A model generated the notes under the pieces. It saw only the letters and a program-made list of their open reading frames with translations, ran no database searches and was not told the DNA's origin. A program made the translations under genes and the position numbers. Of a stretch of DNA of 64,000 nucleotides, positions 20,636 through 30,305 are shown one piece after another (the stretch's first letter is position 1; every line of letters starts with the position of its first letter). Source of the DNA: Anaeromyxobacteraceae bacterium (GTDB lineage: Bacteria > Myxococcota > Myxococcia > Myxococcales > Anaeromyxobacteraceae); assembly GCA_047602405.1 (NCBI GenBank), contig JASGHJ010000001.1, positions 736,001 through 800,000 on the forward strand, written 5' to 3'.

Positions 20636-22968
20636 GGGGTGCTCAGCTCGGTGGGCGGGGTGACGAGGGAGGAGCGGAGGTAGACGAACGGGATCCCGCT
20701 CTGCATGTAGTTCTCGAGCGTGTCGAGCACCTGGGCCTCACGCATCCACGCCGGCCCGGTGTCCCGCAGGCGCCGCTCGATCAGGGTCGAGAGCGCGGTG
20801 AAGCCGCCCCACTCGGCGCGCGCGCGGAACGCGTCGAGGACGATGCCCTCGACCTCCGCCTGGTTCTTGAGCTGCGGCGAGAGCGCCATCGCCTGGAGGT
20901 AGAGCGTGTTGTTGTCGCCGTAGCCCGGGTCGTCGCGGACGCCGACCTCGTCGTGATTCTCGAGCGGGCTGCCGATGGCGTAGGCGACGAGCCGGCCGGA
21001 CACCTTGTCCCTCAGGCCGATGCCGATGGCGCGCAGGTGGGCGAGCGTGCCCTCCAGCGTCTCCGCCGGGTACTGGAGCAGCGGGCGGCGGCCGTCGTCG
21101 GAGCCGTACTGCTCGTCCTCGAGCTCGTGCACCTGCGGCATGAGCTGCTTCGCCATCGGGCCGTTGAGGTCCACCACCTCGAGCGTCGCGGGCGGCACGT
21201 CGAGCGCGCCGGGGCGGACCTCGATGCCGTCGGCGACCGTGGCGGGCGCGGGCGCGCCGACGAGCTCCTGCACCGACTGGCGCAGGATGCCGACGGCCTC
21301 CGTGATGGACGCCGGCTCCATGTCGTAGCGCGGGTAGAAGCGCAGCGTGCGCTCGCCGGCGGGCAGCAGGATGAGCCCGTTCCGGAACGCGCGCTCGCGC
21401 AGCCACTCGCGCCAGTCGGCGCGCACCACGTCGATGGCGAGCATGCAGCCCTCGCCGCGCACGTTCTGGAGGAGGTCCTTGTAGTCCTTCGCGAGCGCCT
21501 CGAGCCCCTCCTTCGCGAGCGCGCCGAGCTCGTTCACCTTCGCGAGGTCGAGCCGGTCGAGGTAGCCGAGGAGGCGCAGCATGCCGACCGAGTCGCCCTC
21601 CCAGGTGGTGTTGAACTTCTTCTCCTCCTGGAAGAACGTCGCGAGGTCCTCGCTCACGAAGAGCACGCCGTTCTGGGCCTTCTTCGCCCAGACCACCACG
21701 TCGGCCGGGCACGGCAGCTCGAAGCGATCGTGCGCCCACATCGTGCCGGTCGCGCCCCAGCCCGTCTGCACCTCGTCGAACATGAGGGGCACGTCGTAGA
21801 TGCGGGTGAGGAGCCGCAGCCGCTGGAAGAAGCTCCGCGACGCGAACCTGAGGCCGCCCTCGCACTGCACGGGCTCCACGAGCACGCCCGCGACCCGCTG
21901 CGCGCGCCGGAGCACCGCGGGGTCGACGAGCGCGCGCTGCAGCTCCACGAACTGCTGCACCATCGCCGGCCACGCGGCGCGGTCGTTCGAGCCGAGGCGC
22001 GCGAGGAGGTCGTCGCACGCCGCGAGCTGGCGCCTGAACTGCTCGAGCGGGCGCGGCGCGCCGACCTGGCGGCCGGTCACGAGCAGCGTCCAGATCTGCT
22101 CGAGGCTCTTCTCGTCGCGGCGCTTCGTGCGCCACGCCGAGCGGCCGTCCTCGACCGGGAAGAGGACGTGCGGCCAGTCGAACGTGGGGAAGCCGAGGCG
22201 GGCCTTGCGCTTGTGGGTCGCGGCGAGGCTGCCGAGGGTACGGCCGTGGAACGCGCCCTCGAACGAGACGATGAAGAAGCCCTGCTTGTCGCTCCCGGCC
22301 TCCTCGCGGCCGGCCTCCTGCGGGGTCGACTTCACGCGGTTGAGGAGCACCGCCTTGATGGCGTTCTCGACCGCCTCGGCGCCGGTGTTGACGATGAAGA
22401 AGCGCGGCGTGCCCTGCGGCGCGATCTTCGTGAGCGCCGCCTTCATCGCGAGCGAGACCTTGGTCTGGTACTCGGAGTGGGCGTAGCGCGAGGCGACCGC
22501 CGGCAGCCCGCGCAGCATGCTCGCCAGCACTCCGGGGTCGTTCTCGCCGAACGGCTGGGTGGCGATGAGTGCGCCGAGGTCGATGAAGCGGTACGGCTCG
22601 CCCTCGGGATCGCGATCGATGGTCGCGAGGTACGGCCCGACCGACTCGGCCGGGTCGAAGGCGATGGGGAGCGAGGAGAAGAGGCCGTTGCCGGCCGCGT
22701 CGAGCGCGGCCTGGCTCGCGGGCAGATCACGGGCCACGGCCTTCTCGAGGAGCGTGTCGTCGGCGAAGCGCGGCGGGACGTGGACCTTGATCTGGCCGGA
22801 GCGGTAGCGGGCCTGGAGGGTGACGACGCGGTCGAGGAAGCGGACCGCGTCGGCCTGGGCGGCGGCGAGGAGCTCGTCCGCGCTCGAGCGGGCCGCCGCC
22901 GGAGAGGAGGTGGTGGAAGCGCGCCGCGCCTGCTCGGCCGGCTCGGTGCGCGTCATCGGGGGCATCAT
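20632..22968 (-). CDS. Lysine-epsilon/GABA-type class-III aminotransferase fused to a C-terminal GNAT-like domain
   Basis: NTGAEAVENAIK, AFHGRTLGSL, FPTFDWP, EPVQCEGG, DEVQTG, AKKAQ; extra ~170-aa tail (LVAYAIGSPLE..TLYLQAMALSP). Confidence 0.75.
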   Translation of the reverse strand: MMPPMTRTEPAEQARRASTTSSPAAARSSADELLAAAQADAVRFLDRVVTLQARYRSGQIKVHVPPRFADDTLLEKAVARDLPASQAALDAAGNGLFSSLPIAFDPAESVGPYLATIDRDPEGEPYRFIDLGALIATQPFGENDPGVLASMLRGLPAVASRYAHSEYQTKVSLAMKAALTKIAPQGTPRFFIVNTGAEAVENAIKAVLLNRVKSTPQEAGREEAGSDKQGFFIVSFEGAFHGRTLGSLAATHKRKARLGFPTFDWPHVLFPVEDGRSAWRTKRRDEKSLEQIWTLLVTGRQVGAPRPLEQFRRQLAACDDLLARLGSNDRAAWPAMVQQFVELQRALVDPAVLRRAQRVAGVLVEPVQCEGGLRFASRSFFQRLRLLTRIYDVPLMFDEVQTGWGATGTMWAHDRFELPCPADVVVWAKKAQNGVLFVSEDLATFFQEEKKFNTTWEGDSVGMLRLLGYLDRLDLAKVNELGALAKEGLEALAKDYKDLLQNVRGEGCMLAIDVVRADWREWLRERAFRNGLILLPAGERTLRFYPRYDMEPASITEAVGILRQSVQELVGAPAPATVADGIEVRPGALDVPPATLEVVDLNGPMAKQLMPQVHELEDEQYGSDDGRRPLLQYPAETLEGTLAHLRAIGIGLRDKVSGRLVAYAIGSPLENHDEVGVRDDPGYGDNNTLYLQAMALSPQLKNQAEVEGIVLDAFRARAEWGGFTALSTLIERRLRDTGPAWMREAQVLDTLENYMQSGIPFVYLRSSLVTPPTELSTP

Positions 22969-23027
22969 GGTGAACCTGGCTTGTGACCTCCGCGGGGGAA
23001 ATCCCGAGGAGGTATGGCATATTAGGG

Positions 23028-23043
23028 AGCACGGCCCGTGCCA
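23028..23043 (-). promoter_or_regulatory. sigma54 -24/-12 promoter
   Basis: TGGCACGGGCCGTGCT with GG-N10-GC spacing, upstream of the aminotransferase-GNAT gene. Confidence 0.75.
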
Positions 23044-23140
23044 CGGTCCCTGGGCTCGCGCGGGTCGGGTGGGCCCAACCTCACGCTGCGTGGATCCGGG
23101 GGGTTGTCGGAGGCGCGTCCCGACCGGGGCCTCCGGTTCC

Positions 23141-23173
23141 ATGCAGCCCTGCCTCGGAGATGCGGCACCGCAT
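23141..23173 (-). promoter_or_regulatory. Tandem enhancer (UAS) for the sigma54 activator
   Basis: ATGC-N6-GCAT-N5-AGGC-N6-GCAT, 97 nt upstream of the promoter; mirrored at 35392-35424. Confidence 0.65.
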
Positions 23174-23212
23174 CGCATTTCCGCCTCGCCCCGTCCGGGG
23201 CGCTCCCCCCTG

Positions 23213-23249
23213 AAAAGGCCACGGCCGGCCCCCTCTCGGAGGCCGGCCG
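23213..23249 (-). terminator. Intrinsic terminator after the porin gene
   Basis: 12-bp GC stem cggccggcctcc-gaga-gggggccggccg followed by TTTT. Confidence 0.55.
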
Positions 23250-23286
23250 CACCGTGAAGCCGGTCGTTCTCTGACCGTGAACTTCG

Positions 23287-24552
23287 CTAGAAGTAGAACA
23301 CCAGCGCCGTGCCGGCGACGACGTTGTTCTTCTTGAACTTCGGGTTGTCGCCGCCCACGAGGGCGTCCTTGTTCGCGAACACCTCCTGCGTGGCGCCGTC
23401 GTAGCGGCCCTCGAGCTTCCAGGTGACGTTCGCGTTCACGTAGTACGAGTAGGTGGCGGTGACGGCGTAGCGGTTCGCGCCCTTCTCCGCGTCGGCGCCG
23501 GGGCCGATGCCGTTGACGGCGTCGGAGAAGTTGTAGTCGAGCAGGCCGCCGCCGTTCTTCTCGTTCCAGATGAAGTCCGCGCGCAGGGCGAGCTCGGTCT
23601 GGATGCTGGTCTTGTACGCGGCGAGCACGGAGGCGCCGACCCAGGTGGCCGGGCGGAGCTTGCCGGTGTCGGGGTCCGCGGTGATGGCGGCCTTGTCCTG
23701 GCGGCCGAAGCCGACGTGGGCGTTGAGGGTCACGTCGCCGCGCGTGTACCACCCGTCGAGCTCGTAGGAGAGGTAGAGCGAGTCCTTGCCGTCGAGGGCG
23801 GGATCGCCGGTGCCGTCGTCGGCCGCGCGGTAGTTCGTCTTGTAGCCGGCCGAGCCCGCCATGCCGAGGCCCCAGAACTCGCCGCCCGCGTAGTCACCGC
23901 GGAACACGAACATGGGGATGTGCTCGCCGACGTTGCGGACCGACTGGTTCATGTTGGCGAGCATGAGCTTGAAGTCCCACTTGCCGGCCGGGACCTCGAC
24001 GCCGACGCCGGTGTAGGAGGCCGGCAGCGTGAAGTCGAAGAGCAGGTTGTGGGTGATGCTCTTGTACATGTTCGGCGCGTAGTACTCGTAGCCGGACCAG
24101 TCCGGCAGCTGGCCGGCGAAGACCTTGTAGTCGCCGACCGGCACCCAGACCGACGCCTCGTGGACGATCGAGCGCTCGCCGGTGACGTCGCCGCCGCCGC
24201 GCGTCGGGTAGAGGGTCAGGTGGAACCTCGTGCCGGAGTCCGTCTCCTTCTGGACGTCGAGCGCGAGCGTCGAGAAGTAGCCGTTGTCGTAGGCGTACGG
24301 CTCCTTCGCGATGGGCGTGAGGAACTGGAAGGTCCCGCGCTCCTTGTTCACGTTGTAGATGTACGTGGGGTCCATGTAGGCCGAGAACTTGAAGCCCTTC
24401 AGGCCCGACTTCTCCGTCTGGTCCTCGATCGCCTCGACCTTCAGCTTCGTGCGGTTGAGGTCCTGCTCCTGCTCCTGCGTGAGGCCGGCCTCGGCCCGGG
24501 CCGTGCTGGCCGCGAGCGAGAGCATCAGGGTCGTGAGCTTCAGGATGCGCAT
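23287..24552 (-). CDS. Outer-membrane beta-barrel porin, DUF3138-like
   Basis: Signal peptide, short coiled coil, YMDPTYIYN, GQLPDWSGYEY, THNLLFDF; C-terminal Phe; last gene of the pot operon. Confidence 0.7.
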   Translation of the reverse strand: MRILKLTTLMLSLAASTARAEAGLTQEQEQDLNRTKLKVEAIEDQTEKSGLKGFKFSAYMDPTYIYNVNKERGTFQFLTPIAKEPYAYDNGYFSTLALDVQKETDSGTRFHLTLYPTRGGGDVTGERSIVHEASVWVPVGDYKVFAGQLPDWSGYEYYAPNMYKSITHNLLFDFTLPASYTGVGVEVPAGKWDFKLMLANMNQSVRNVGEHIPMFVFRGDYAGGEFWGLGMAGSAGYKTNYRAADDGTGDPALDGKDSLYLSYELDGWYTRGDVTLNAHVGFGRQDKAAITADPDTGKLRPATWVGASVLAAYKTSIQTELALRADFIWNEKNGGGLLDYNFSDAVNGIGPGADAEKGANRYAVTATYSYYVNANVTWKLEGRYDGATQEVFANKDALVGGDNPKFKKNNVVAGTALVFYF

Positions 24553-24586
24553 GGTGACTCCTCTCGTGTGAGCCTTCGAAGGACGG

Positions 24587-25537
24587 CTAGGGGGAAGTGG
24601 TCAGGGCGGCGACGACCGGCTGCGGGGGGTCGTCGGTGCTCTCGGCTCTCTGCGCTGCGGCAATCTCGGCGGCGCGGCGGCGCTCGTTCCGGGCCATGAG
24701 GAGGCTCCCGGTGACGACGCCCGCCGAGACGACGGCGATGATGAGCGTCGCCGCCGCGTTGATGTCGGGCCGCATGCCCAGGCGGGCCCGGGAGAAGATG
24801 ACGAGGGGCAGGGTCGTGGCCCCCGGCCCGGAGAGGAAGGCCGAGAGCACGACGTCGTCGAGCGACAGGGTGAAGGTGAGCAGGAACGCGGAGACGAGCG
24901 AGTTCGCGATGAGCGGCAGGGTGACGAGGAAGAAGACCTGCACCGGCCGCGCCCCGAGGATGGTGGCCGCCTCCTCGAGGTCCTTGTTGAGCTCCTGCAG
25001 CCGGGCCTGGATCACCACCGTGGCGTAGGCGAGGCCGACGAGGAGGTGGCCCATCCAGATGGTGAGGAGCCCGCGCTCCGGGAACCCGTCCAGGAACGGG
25101 AACACCCCGGTGACCGCCGGGCTCGACAGCCAGCGCTGCACCGTCACCAGCATGAGGAGCAGCGAGAGCCCGATGATCACCTCGGGCATCACGAGCGGCG
25201 CGTTCACCATGCCGCTGAACGCGGTGCGCCCGAGGAAGCGGCGGTAGCGGACGAGCGTGAACGCGGCGAGCGTGCCGAGCACCACCGAGGAGAGCCCGGT
25301 GTAGAGCGCGATCCTGAGCGAGAGCCAGAGCCCGGCCACGAGCTCGCGGTCCTTGAGGAGCTCGCGGTACCAGCGCAGCGACACCCCGCCCCACACCGAC
25401 GGCAGCGGCGACTCGTTGAACGAGTACACCACGAGCGCCACCATCGGCATGTAGAGGAACAGGTAGGCGAAGAGCAGCCAGGTGCGGCCGAAGCCCTTGT
25501 TGAACCCGATGGCGTGGAGGAAGCGGCGCCAGGTCAC
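24587..25537 (-). CDS. potI: Putrescine ABC permease PotI/PotC
   Basis: FLYMP..VVYSFN, PLVMPEVIIGLSLL, EAA loop LEEAATILGA, FTLSLDD. Confidence 0.88.
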   Translation of the reverse strand: MTWRRFLHAIGFNKGFGRTWLLFAYLFLYMPMVALVVYSFNESPLPSVWGGVSLRWYRELLKDRELVAGLWLSLRIALYTGLSSVVLGTLAAFTLVRYRRFLGRTAFSGMVNAPLVMPEVIIGLSLLLMLVTVQRWLSSPAVTGVFPFLDGFPERGLLTIWMGHLLVGLAYATVVIQARLQELNKDLEEAATILGARPVQVFFLVTLPLIANSLVSAFLLTFTLSLDDVVLSAFLSGPGATTLPLVIFSRARLGMRPDINAAATLIIAVVSAGVVTGSLLMARNERRRAAEIAAAQRAESTDDPPQPVVAALTTSP

Positions 25538-26496
25538 GTGCGCACCTCCGTGGCCTCGGCCTGGTACTTGTTGAAGAGCGCGAGCGGCACGATGATCAGG
25601 AGGATCACGACCACCGCGACGCTCGAGGCCATCGGCCAGTCGTTGTTCGAGAAGAACTCGTCCCAGAGGACGCGGCCGATCATGAGCGTGCGCGGGCCGC
25701 CGAGCAGCTCGGGGATCACGTACTCGCCGATGCAGGGAATGAACACCAGCATCGAGCCGGCGATGATGCCGGCCTTCGAGAGCGGCACGGTGATCTTCCA
25801 GAACCCGACCCACGGTGTCGCGCCGAGATCGGCCGCCGCCTCGAGCAGGCGCAGGTCCATCTTCGAGAGCGTCGCGTAGAGCGGCAGGACCATGAACGGC
25901 AGGTAGGTGTAGACCATGCCGATCACGAGCGAGAACGGCGTGTTCATGAACAGGCCCGGCGCCGGGATGAGCTCGAAGTGCGCGAGCAGGAGGTCGATCT
26001 TGAGCGCGATGAGCAGCTTCGAGATCCAGCCGCCCTCGGTGAGGAGCCCCTTCCATGCGTAGACGCGCAGGAGGAAGGAGGTCCAGAACGGCAGCATCAC
26101 CATCATGAGCAGCGCCGGCTGCCGGCTCGGCCTCGCGCGCGCCATGAAGTAGGCGAACGGGTAGCCGATGAAGAGGCACCAGAACGTCGTGACCGCCGCG
26201 TACTTGAGGCTGGAGAGGTACGTGGCCGCGTACAGCTCGTCCTTCAGGATGAACAGGTAGTGGCTGAAGTTGAGCGCGACGGTCGCGACGCCCTCGCTCC
26301 ACCTGAAGAGCGGGGAGATCACCACCCCGTCCATGTCGGCGAGCGACATGTTGAGGATGATGAAGAACGGCAGGAGGAAGAAGATCAGCAGCCAGACGTA
26401 CGGCACGAAGATGACCGCCTTGCGCCCGTGACGGACGAAGAGCGGGTGCGCGTGCATCCGGTCGAAGAAGGAGGTGGCGAGCTGGCGGGAGGGCAT
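25534..26496 (-). CDS. potH: Putrescine ABC permease PotH/PotB
   Basis: PYVWLLIFFLLPF, LPFWTSFLLRVYAW, LLEAAADLGA, GEYVIPELLGG, NNDWP. Confidence 0.9.
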   Translation of the reverse strand: MPSRQLATSFFDRMHAHPLFVRHGRKAVIFVPYVWLLIFFLLPFFIILNMSLADMDGVVISPLFRWSEGVATVALNFSHYLFILKDELYAATYLSSLKYAAVTTFWCLFIGYPFAYFMARARPSRQPALLMMVMLPFWTSFLLRVYAWKGLLTEGGWISKLLIALKIDLLLAHFELIPAPGLFMNTPFSLVIGMVYTYLPFMVLPLYATLSKMDLRLLEAAADLGATPWVGFWKITVPLSKAGIIAGSMLVFIPCIGEYVIPELLGGPRTLMIGRVLWDEFFSNNDWPMASSVAVVVILLIIVPLALFNKYQAEATEVRT

Positions 26497-26511
26497 GGTC
26501 GGCCGGCTCGC

Positions 26512-27615
26512 TCAGGCGGTGAGGACCACCTGCGCCGTGTCCGGCCAGGTGGCCCACGCGGTCTCGCCGGGCGCCGGGGCGCTCGCGCGGTGCCGCTCCA
26601 CGTTGCTCTCGCTCACCTTGAGGCGCCGCCCACCGGTCACCTCGAGGACGTAGACCGTGTAGCTCCCGAAGTAGGAGCGGTCGCGCACGGTCACCTTGAC
26701 CTGGTTGACCTCGCCCGCGGGCTTCTCGCGCGCGAGGTGGATCTTCTCCGGCCGCACCGCGACGGCCACCGGCATCCCGAGGTTGCCGGTGATGCCGTGG
26801 CCGACCCGGTGCCGGCAGAAGCCGCAGTCGATCTCGACGAAGTTCGGCTCGTCGACGACGACCTTCCCGTCCATCAGGTTCACGTTGCCGATGAAGTCGG
26901 CGACGAACCGGGTGGCCGGCGTCTCGTAGACGTCGGTGGGCGTGCCGACCTGGAGGATCTTGCCCTCGCTCATCACCGCGATCCGGGTGGCCATGGTCAT
27001 GGCCTCCTCCTGATCGTGGGTCACCATCACGCAGGTCACGCCGACCTCGCGGATGATGTTGACGAGCTCGACCTGGGTCTCCTCGCGGAGCTTCTTGTCG
27101 AGCGCTCCCAGCGGCTCGTCGAGGAGCATGAGCTGGGGGCGCTTCGCGAGGCTCCGGGCCAGCGCGACGCGCTGCTGCTGGCCGCCGGAGAGCTGGTGCG
27201 GCTTGCGCTTCCCGTACTTCTGGAGCTGCACGAGCTTCAGCATCTGCTCGACGCGCTCGACGATGTCCTTCTTCGGCATCCCCTCGCGCTTCAGCCCGAA
27301 CGCCACGTTGTCCCAGACCGTCAGGTGCGGGAACAGCGCGTACGACTGGAACATCATGTTGATCGGGCGGAGGTACGGCGGGAGGCCGGCCAGGTTCTGG
27401 CCGTCGAGGACGATCGTCCCCTGGGTCGGGGTCTCGAAGCCCGCCAGCATCCGGAGGAGCGTGGTCTTGCCGCACCCCGACGACCCCAGAAGGGCGAAGA
27501 TCTCGCCCTTCTGGATGTCGAGGTTCACGTGGTTCACGGCGAGGGTGCCGGACCCGAAGTCCTTCACCACGTCGCGGATTTGGAGGTACGAGGGAGTGGC
27601 CGGGGCCAGGCTCAT
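26512..27615 (-). CDS. potG: Putrescine ABC ATP-binding protein PotG/PotA
   Basis: GSSGCGKT, MMFQSYALFPHL, LSGGQQQR, LDEPLGALD, TOBE tail. Confidence 0.9.
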   Translation of the reverse strand: MSLAPATPSYLQIRDVVKDFGSGTLAVNHVNLDIQKGEIFALLGSSGCGKTTLLRMLAGFETPTQGTIVLDGQNLAGLPPYLRPINMMFQSYALFPHLTVWDNVAFGLKREGMPKKDIVERVEQMLKLVQLQKYGKRKPHQLSGGQQQRVALARSLAKRPQLMLLDEPLGALDKKLREETQVELVNIIREVGVTCVMVTHDQEEAMTMATRIAVMSEGKILQVGTPTDVYETPATRFVADFIGNVNLMDGKVVVDEPNFVEIDCGFCRHRVGHGITGNLGMPVAVAVRPEKIHLAREKPAGEVNQVKVTVRDRSYFGSYTVYVLEVTGGRRLKVSESNVERHRASAPAPGETAWATWPDTAQVVLTA

Positions 27616-27661
27616 CGGGTTCCCGAGCGGATGGTGAGGGCGGTGGAGCGGCGGCTTCGGT

Positions 27662-28796
27662 CTAGAGGCCGGTCTTGAACTGCGTGTAGATCCGGGTCAT
27701 CGCGCGCCGCGAGTCGTTCGAGAGCGCGCCGGGGAGCCCCATCTTCTTCATGTCGGCGTCGTCGGGGAACACCGTCTTGTCGTTCGCGATGGTCGGCTTC
27801 ACGAACTTCGCGGACGTGGTCTTCGTCGGGTTCGCGTAGAAGACCTTGTTCGTCAGGCCGGCGTTCACCTCGGGGCGCAGGATGTAGTCGATCCACTTGT
27901 GCGCGTTGCCCGGGTGCGGGGCGTCCGCCGGGATCGCCATCGTGTCCATGAAGATGATGCCGCCGGTCTTCGGCAGGAGGGCCACGATGTTCTGGCCGGT
28001 CTTCGAGTCGATGGCGCGGTTCTTCGCGATGTTGATGTCGCCCGACCACCCGAGCGCGAGGCAGATGGAGCCGTTCGCCATGTCGTTGATGTAGCCGGAC
28101 GAGGAGAACAGGGTGACGTACGGGCGGATCTTCGCGAGGAGCTCGGCGGTGCCGGCGTAGTTGGCCGGGTCCTTCGAGTACGCCTTCTTGCCCAGGTAGT
28201 GGGCGGCGGCCGGGACGATTCTCGGTCGGCGAGTCGAGGAACGAGACGCCGCACGACTTGAGCTTCGAGATGTACTCGGGCTTGAAGACGAGGTCCCAGG
28301 CGTTCTCGGGCATCGGCATCGTGCCGAGCGCCTTCTTCACCTTGTCGACGTTGATGCCGACGGTGGTGTAGCCCCAGAGCCAGTCGACGAGGTACCGGTT
28401 GCCCGGATCCATGTCCTCGAGCGCCTTGAGGATGGAGGGATCCTGGTTCTTCCAGTTCGGGAGCTTCGACTTGTCGAGCGGCTTCAGGAGGCCGCCCTCG
28501 AGCTGGATCTTCCCCCAGTACGAGGAGGGCACCACGATGTCGTAGCCGGTGCGGCCCGCGACGAGCTTCGCGTGCAGCGTCTCGTTCGAGTCGAAGTTGT
28601 CGTACCGGACCTTGATGCCGGTCTCCTTCTCGAAGTTCGCGATGGTGTCTTCGGCGATGTAGTCCGACCAGTTGTAGATGTTGAGGACCTTCTCCTCCTC
28701 CTGCGCGCGGGCCGGCGTCGCGTGGAACGCGAGCGCGGCGAGCGCGAGTGAGCCGAGGGTGCCGAGGGCGCGGCGGAGGGACGACGTGTTCTTCAT
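27662..28796 (-). CDS. potF: Putrescine-binding periplasmic protein PotF with a +1 frameshift at 28217-28221
   Basis: LNIYNWSDYI, FEKETGIKV, GYDIVVPS, WGYTT; repair gives EIVPAAAHYLG and joins to GWSGD..MAIPADAPH. Confidence 0.88.
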
Positions 28797-28915
28797 CGCG
28801 TGGTCTCCAGGGACGGGGGTTCGGGGTGCGTCGTGACCCGGTACGTCTGAGCGCGGGGGTGCGAGGAGCGTAAGGCTTCCACGGTGCGGCTGGACGGAAA
28901 AACGTTCGCTGGCAT

Positions 28916-30184
28916 TCACCCGAGGACGGCCTTCTCGAGCACGGCGAGGGCCTCGTCGAAGACGGCGTCCTGGATGGTGAGGGGGAACAGGAAGCGGATC
29001 ACGTTGGCGTGCACGCCGCAGGTGAGGAGCACCAGCCCCTGCTCGAGGGCGCGGGCCTGGACCTGCTTCGTGAAGTCCGGGTCGGGGCCGCCGCCGTCGG
29101 CCCGCATGAACTCGACCGCCACCATGGCGCCCGGGCCGCGGATCTCGGCGATGCGCTTCTCCTTCGCGCGGAGCGCCTCGAGGCGGGTCTTGAGGCGGCC
29201 GCCGAGCGCGTTGGCGCGGTCGACGAGCTTCTCCTCCTCGAGGACGTCGAGCACCGCGTGGGCGGCGGCGACGGCGAGCGGGTTGCCGGCGTAGGTGCCG
29301 CCCAGGCCGCCGGGCGCGGGCGCGTCCATGAGCTCGGTGCGGCCCACCACGCCGGAGATGGGCAGGCCCGCCCCGAGCGACTTCGCGACCGTCATGAGGT
29401 CCGGCAGGACCGCGTGGTGGTGCATCGCGAACATCTTGCCGGTGCGGGCGAAGCCGGTCTGGATCTCGTCGGCGATGAGCAGGATGCCGTGCTCGTCGCA
29501 CTCGGCGCGGAGCGCCTTCATGAGCTCGGGCGGCGCGGGGTAGAAGCCGCCCTCGCCCTGCACCGGCTCCACGATGATCGCCGCGACCCGGCGCGGGTCG
29601 ACGTCGGCCTTGAAGAGCCGGTGGAGCGCGTCGATCGCGTGCTGGGTGGTGACGCCGTGGAGCGCCTGCGGGAACGGCACGTGCCAGACGTCGCCCGGGA
29701 ACGGCCCGAAGCCCACCTTGTACGGCACCACCTTGCCGGTGAGCGCCATGCCGAGCATCGTGCGGCCGTGGAAGGCGCCGGTGAACGCGACGACGCCCGG
29801 GCGGCCGGTCGCGGCGCGCGCGATCTTGACCGCGTTCTCGACCGCCTCGGCGCCGGTGGAGAAGAAGGTGGCCTTCTTCGCGTGGCCGCCGGGGGTGAGG
29901 CGGATGAGCCGCTCGGCGAGCGTCACGTACGACTCGTAGGCCGCCACCTGGTACGCCGTGTGGGTGAACGCCTCGAGCTGCTGCTTCAGGGCCGCGACGA
30001 CCTTCGGGTGGCGGTGACCGGTGTTGAGCACCGCGATGCCGCCCGCGAAGTCGATGTAGCGCCTCCCCTCCACGTCCCACAGCTCGCTGTTCGCCGCCCT
30101 CGCCACGAAGAAGGGCGTGGAGATGCCCACGCCGCGCGGCGTCGCCGCCTCCCTCCGGGCCTTCAGGCTCGCGTTGTCGCTCAT
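28916..30184 (-). CDS. gabT: 4-aminobutyrate:2-oxoglutarate aminotransferase
   Basis: IDFAGGIAVLNTGH, TGAEAVENAVKIAR, ALTGKVVPYK, EPVQGEGG, GGLGGTYAGNP. Confidence 0.93.
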   Translation of the reverse strand: MSDNASLKARREAATPRGVGISTPFFVARAANSELWDVEGRRYIDFAGGIAVLNTGHRHPKVVAALKQQLEAFTHTAYQVAAYESYVTLAERLIRLTPGGHAKKATFFSTGAEAVENAVKIARAATGRPGVVAFTGAFHGRTMLGMALTGKVVPYKVGFGPFPGDVWHVPFPQALHGVTTQHAIDALHRLFKADVDPRRVAAIIVEPVQGEGGFYPAPPELMKALRAECDEHGILLIADEIQTGFARTGKMFAMHHHAVLPDLMTVAKSLGAGLPISGVVGRTELMDAPAPGGLGGTYAGNPLAVAAAHAVLDVLEEEKLVDRANALGGRLKTRLEALRAKEKRIAEIRGPGAMVAVEFMRADGGGPDPDFTKQVQARALEQGLVLLTCGVHANVIRFLFPLTIQDAVFDEALAVLEKAVLG

Positions 30185-30193
30185 CTGTCCTCC

Positions 30194-30214
30194 GGAGGGG
30201 GCGTAGCCCCCTCC
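30194..30214. other. Strong intergenic hairpin between patD and gabT
   Basis: GGAGGGGGC-GTA-GCCCCCTCC. Confidence 0.4.
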
Positions 30215-30305
30215 CCGGCCGGCGGAGCCGGACCGGGGCCCCTCCCCGGATCAGCTCCGCTGCGCTTCGCTGTGAGTTACTGCGTTCTCTACTGCCGGTC
30301 GCTGC

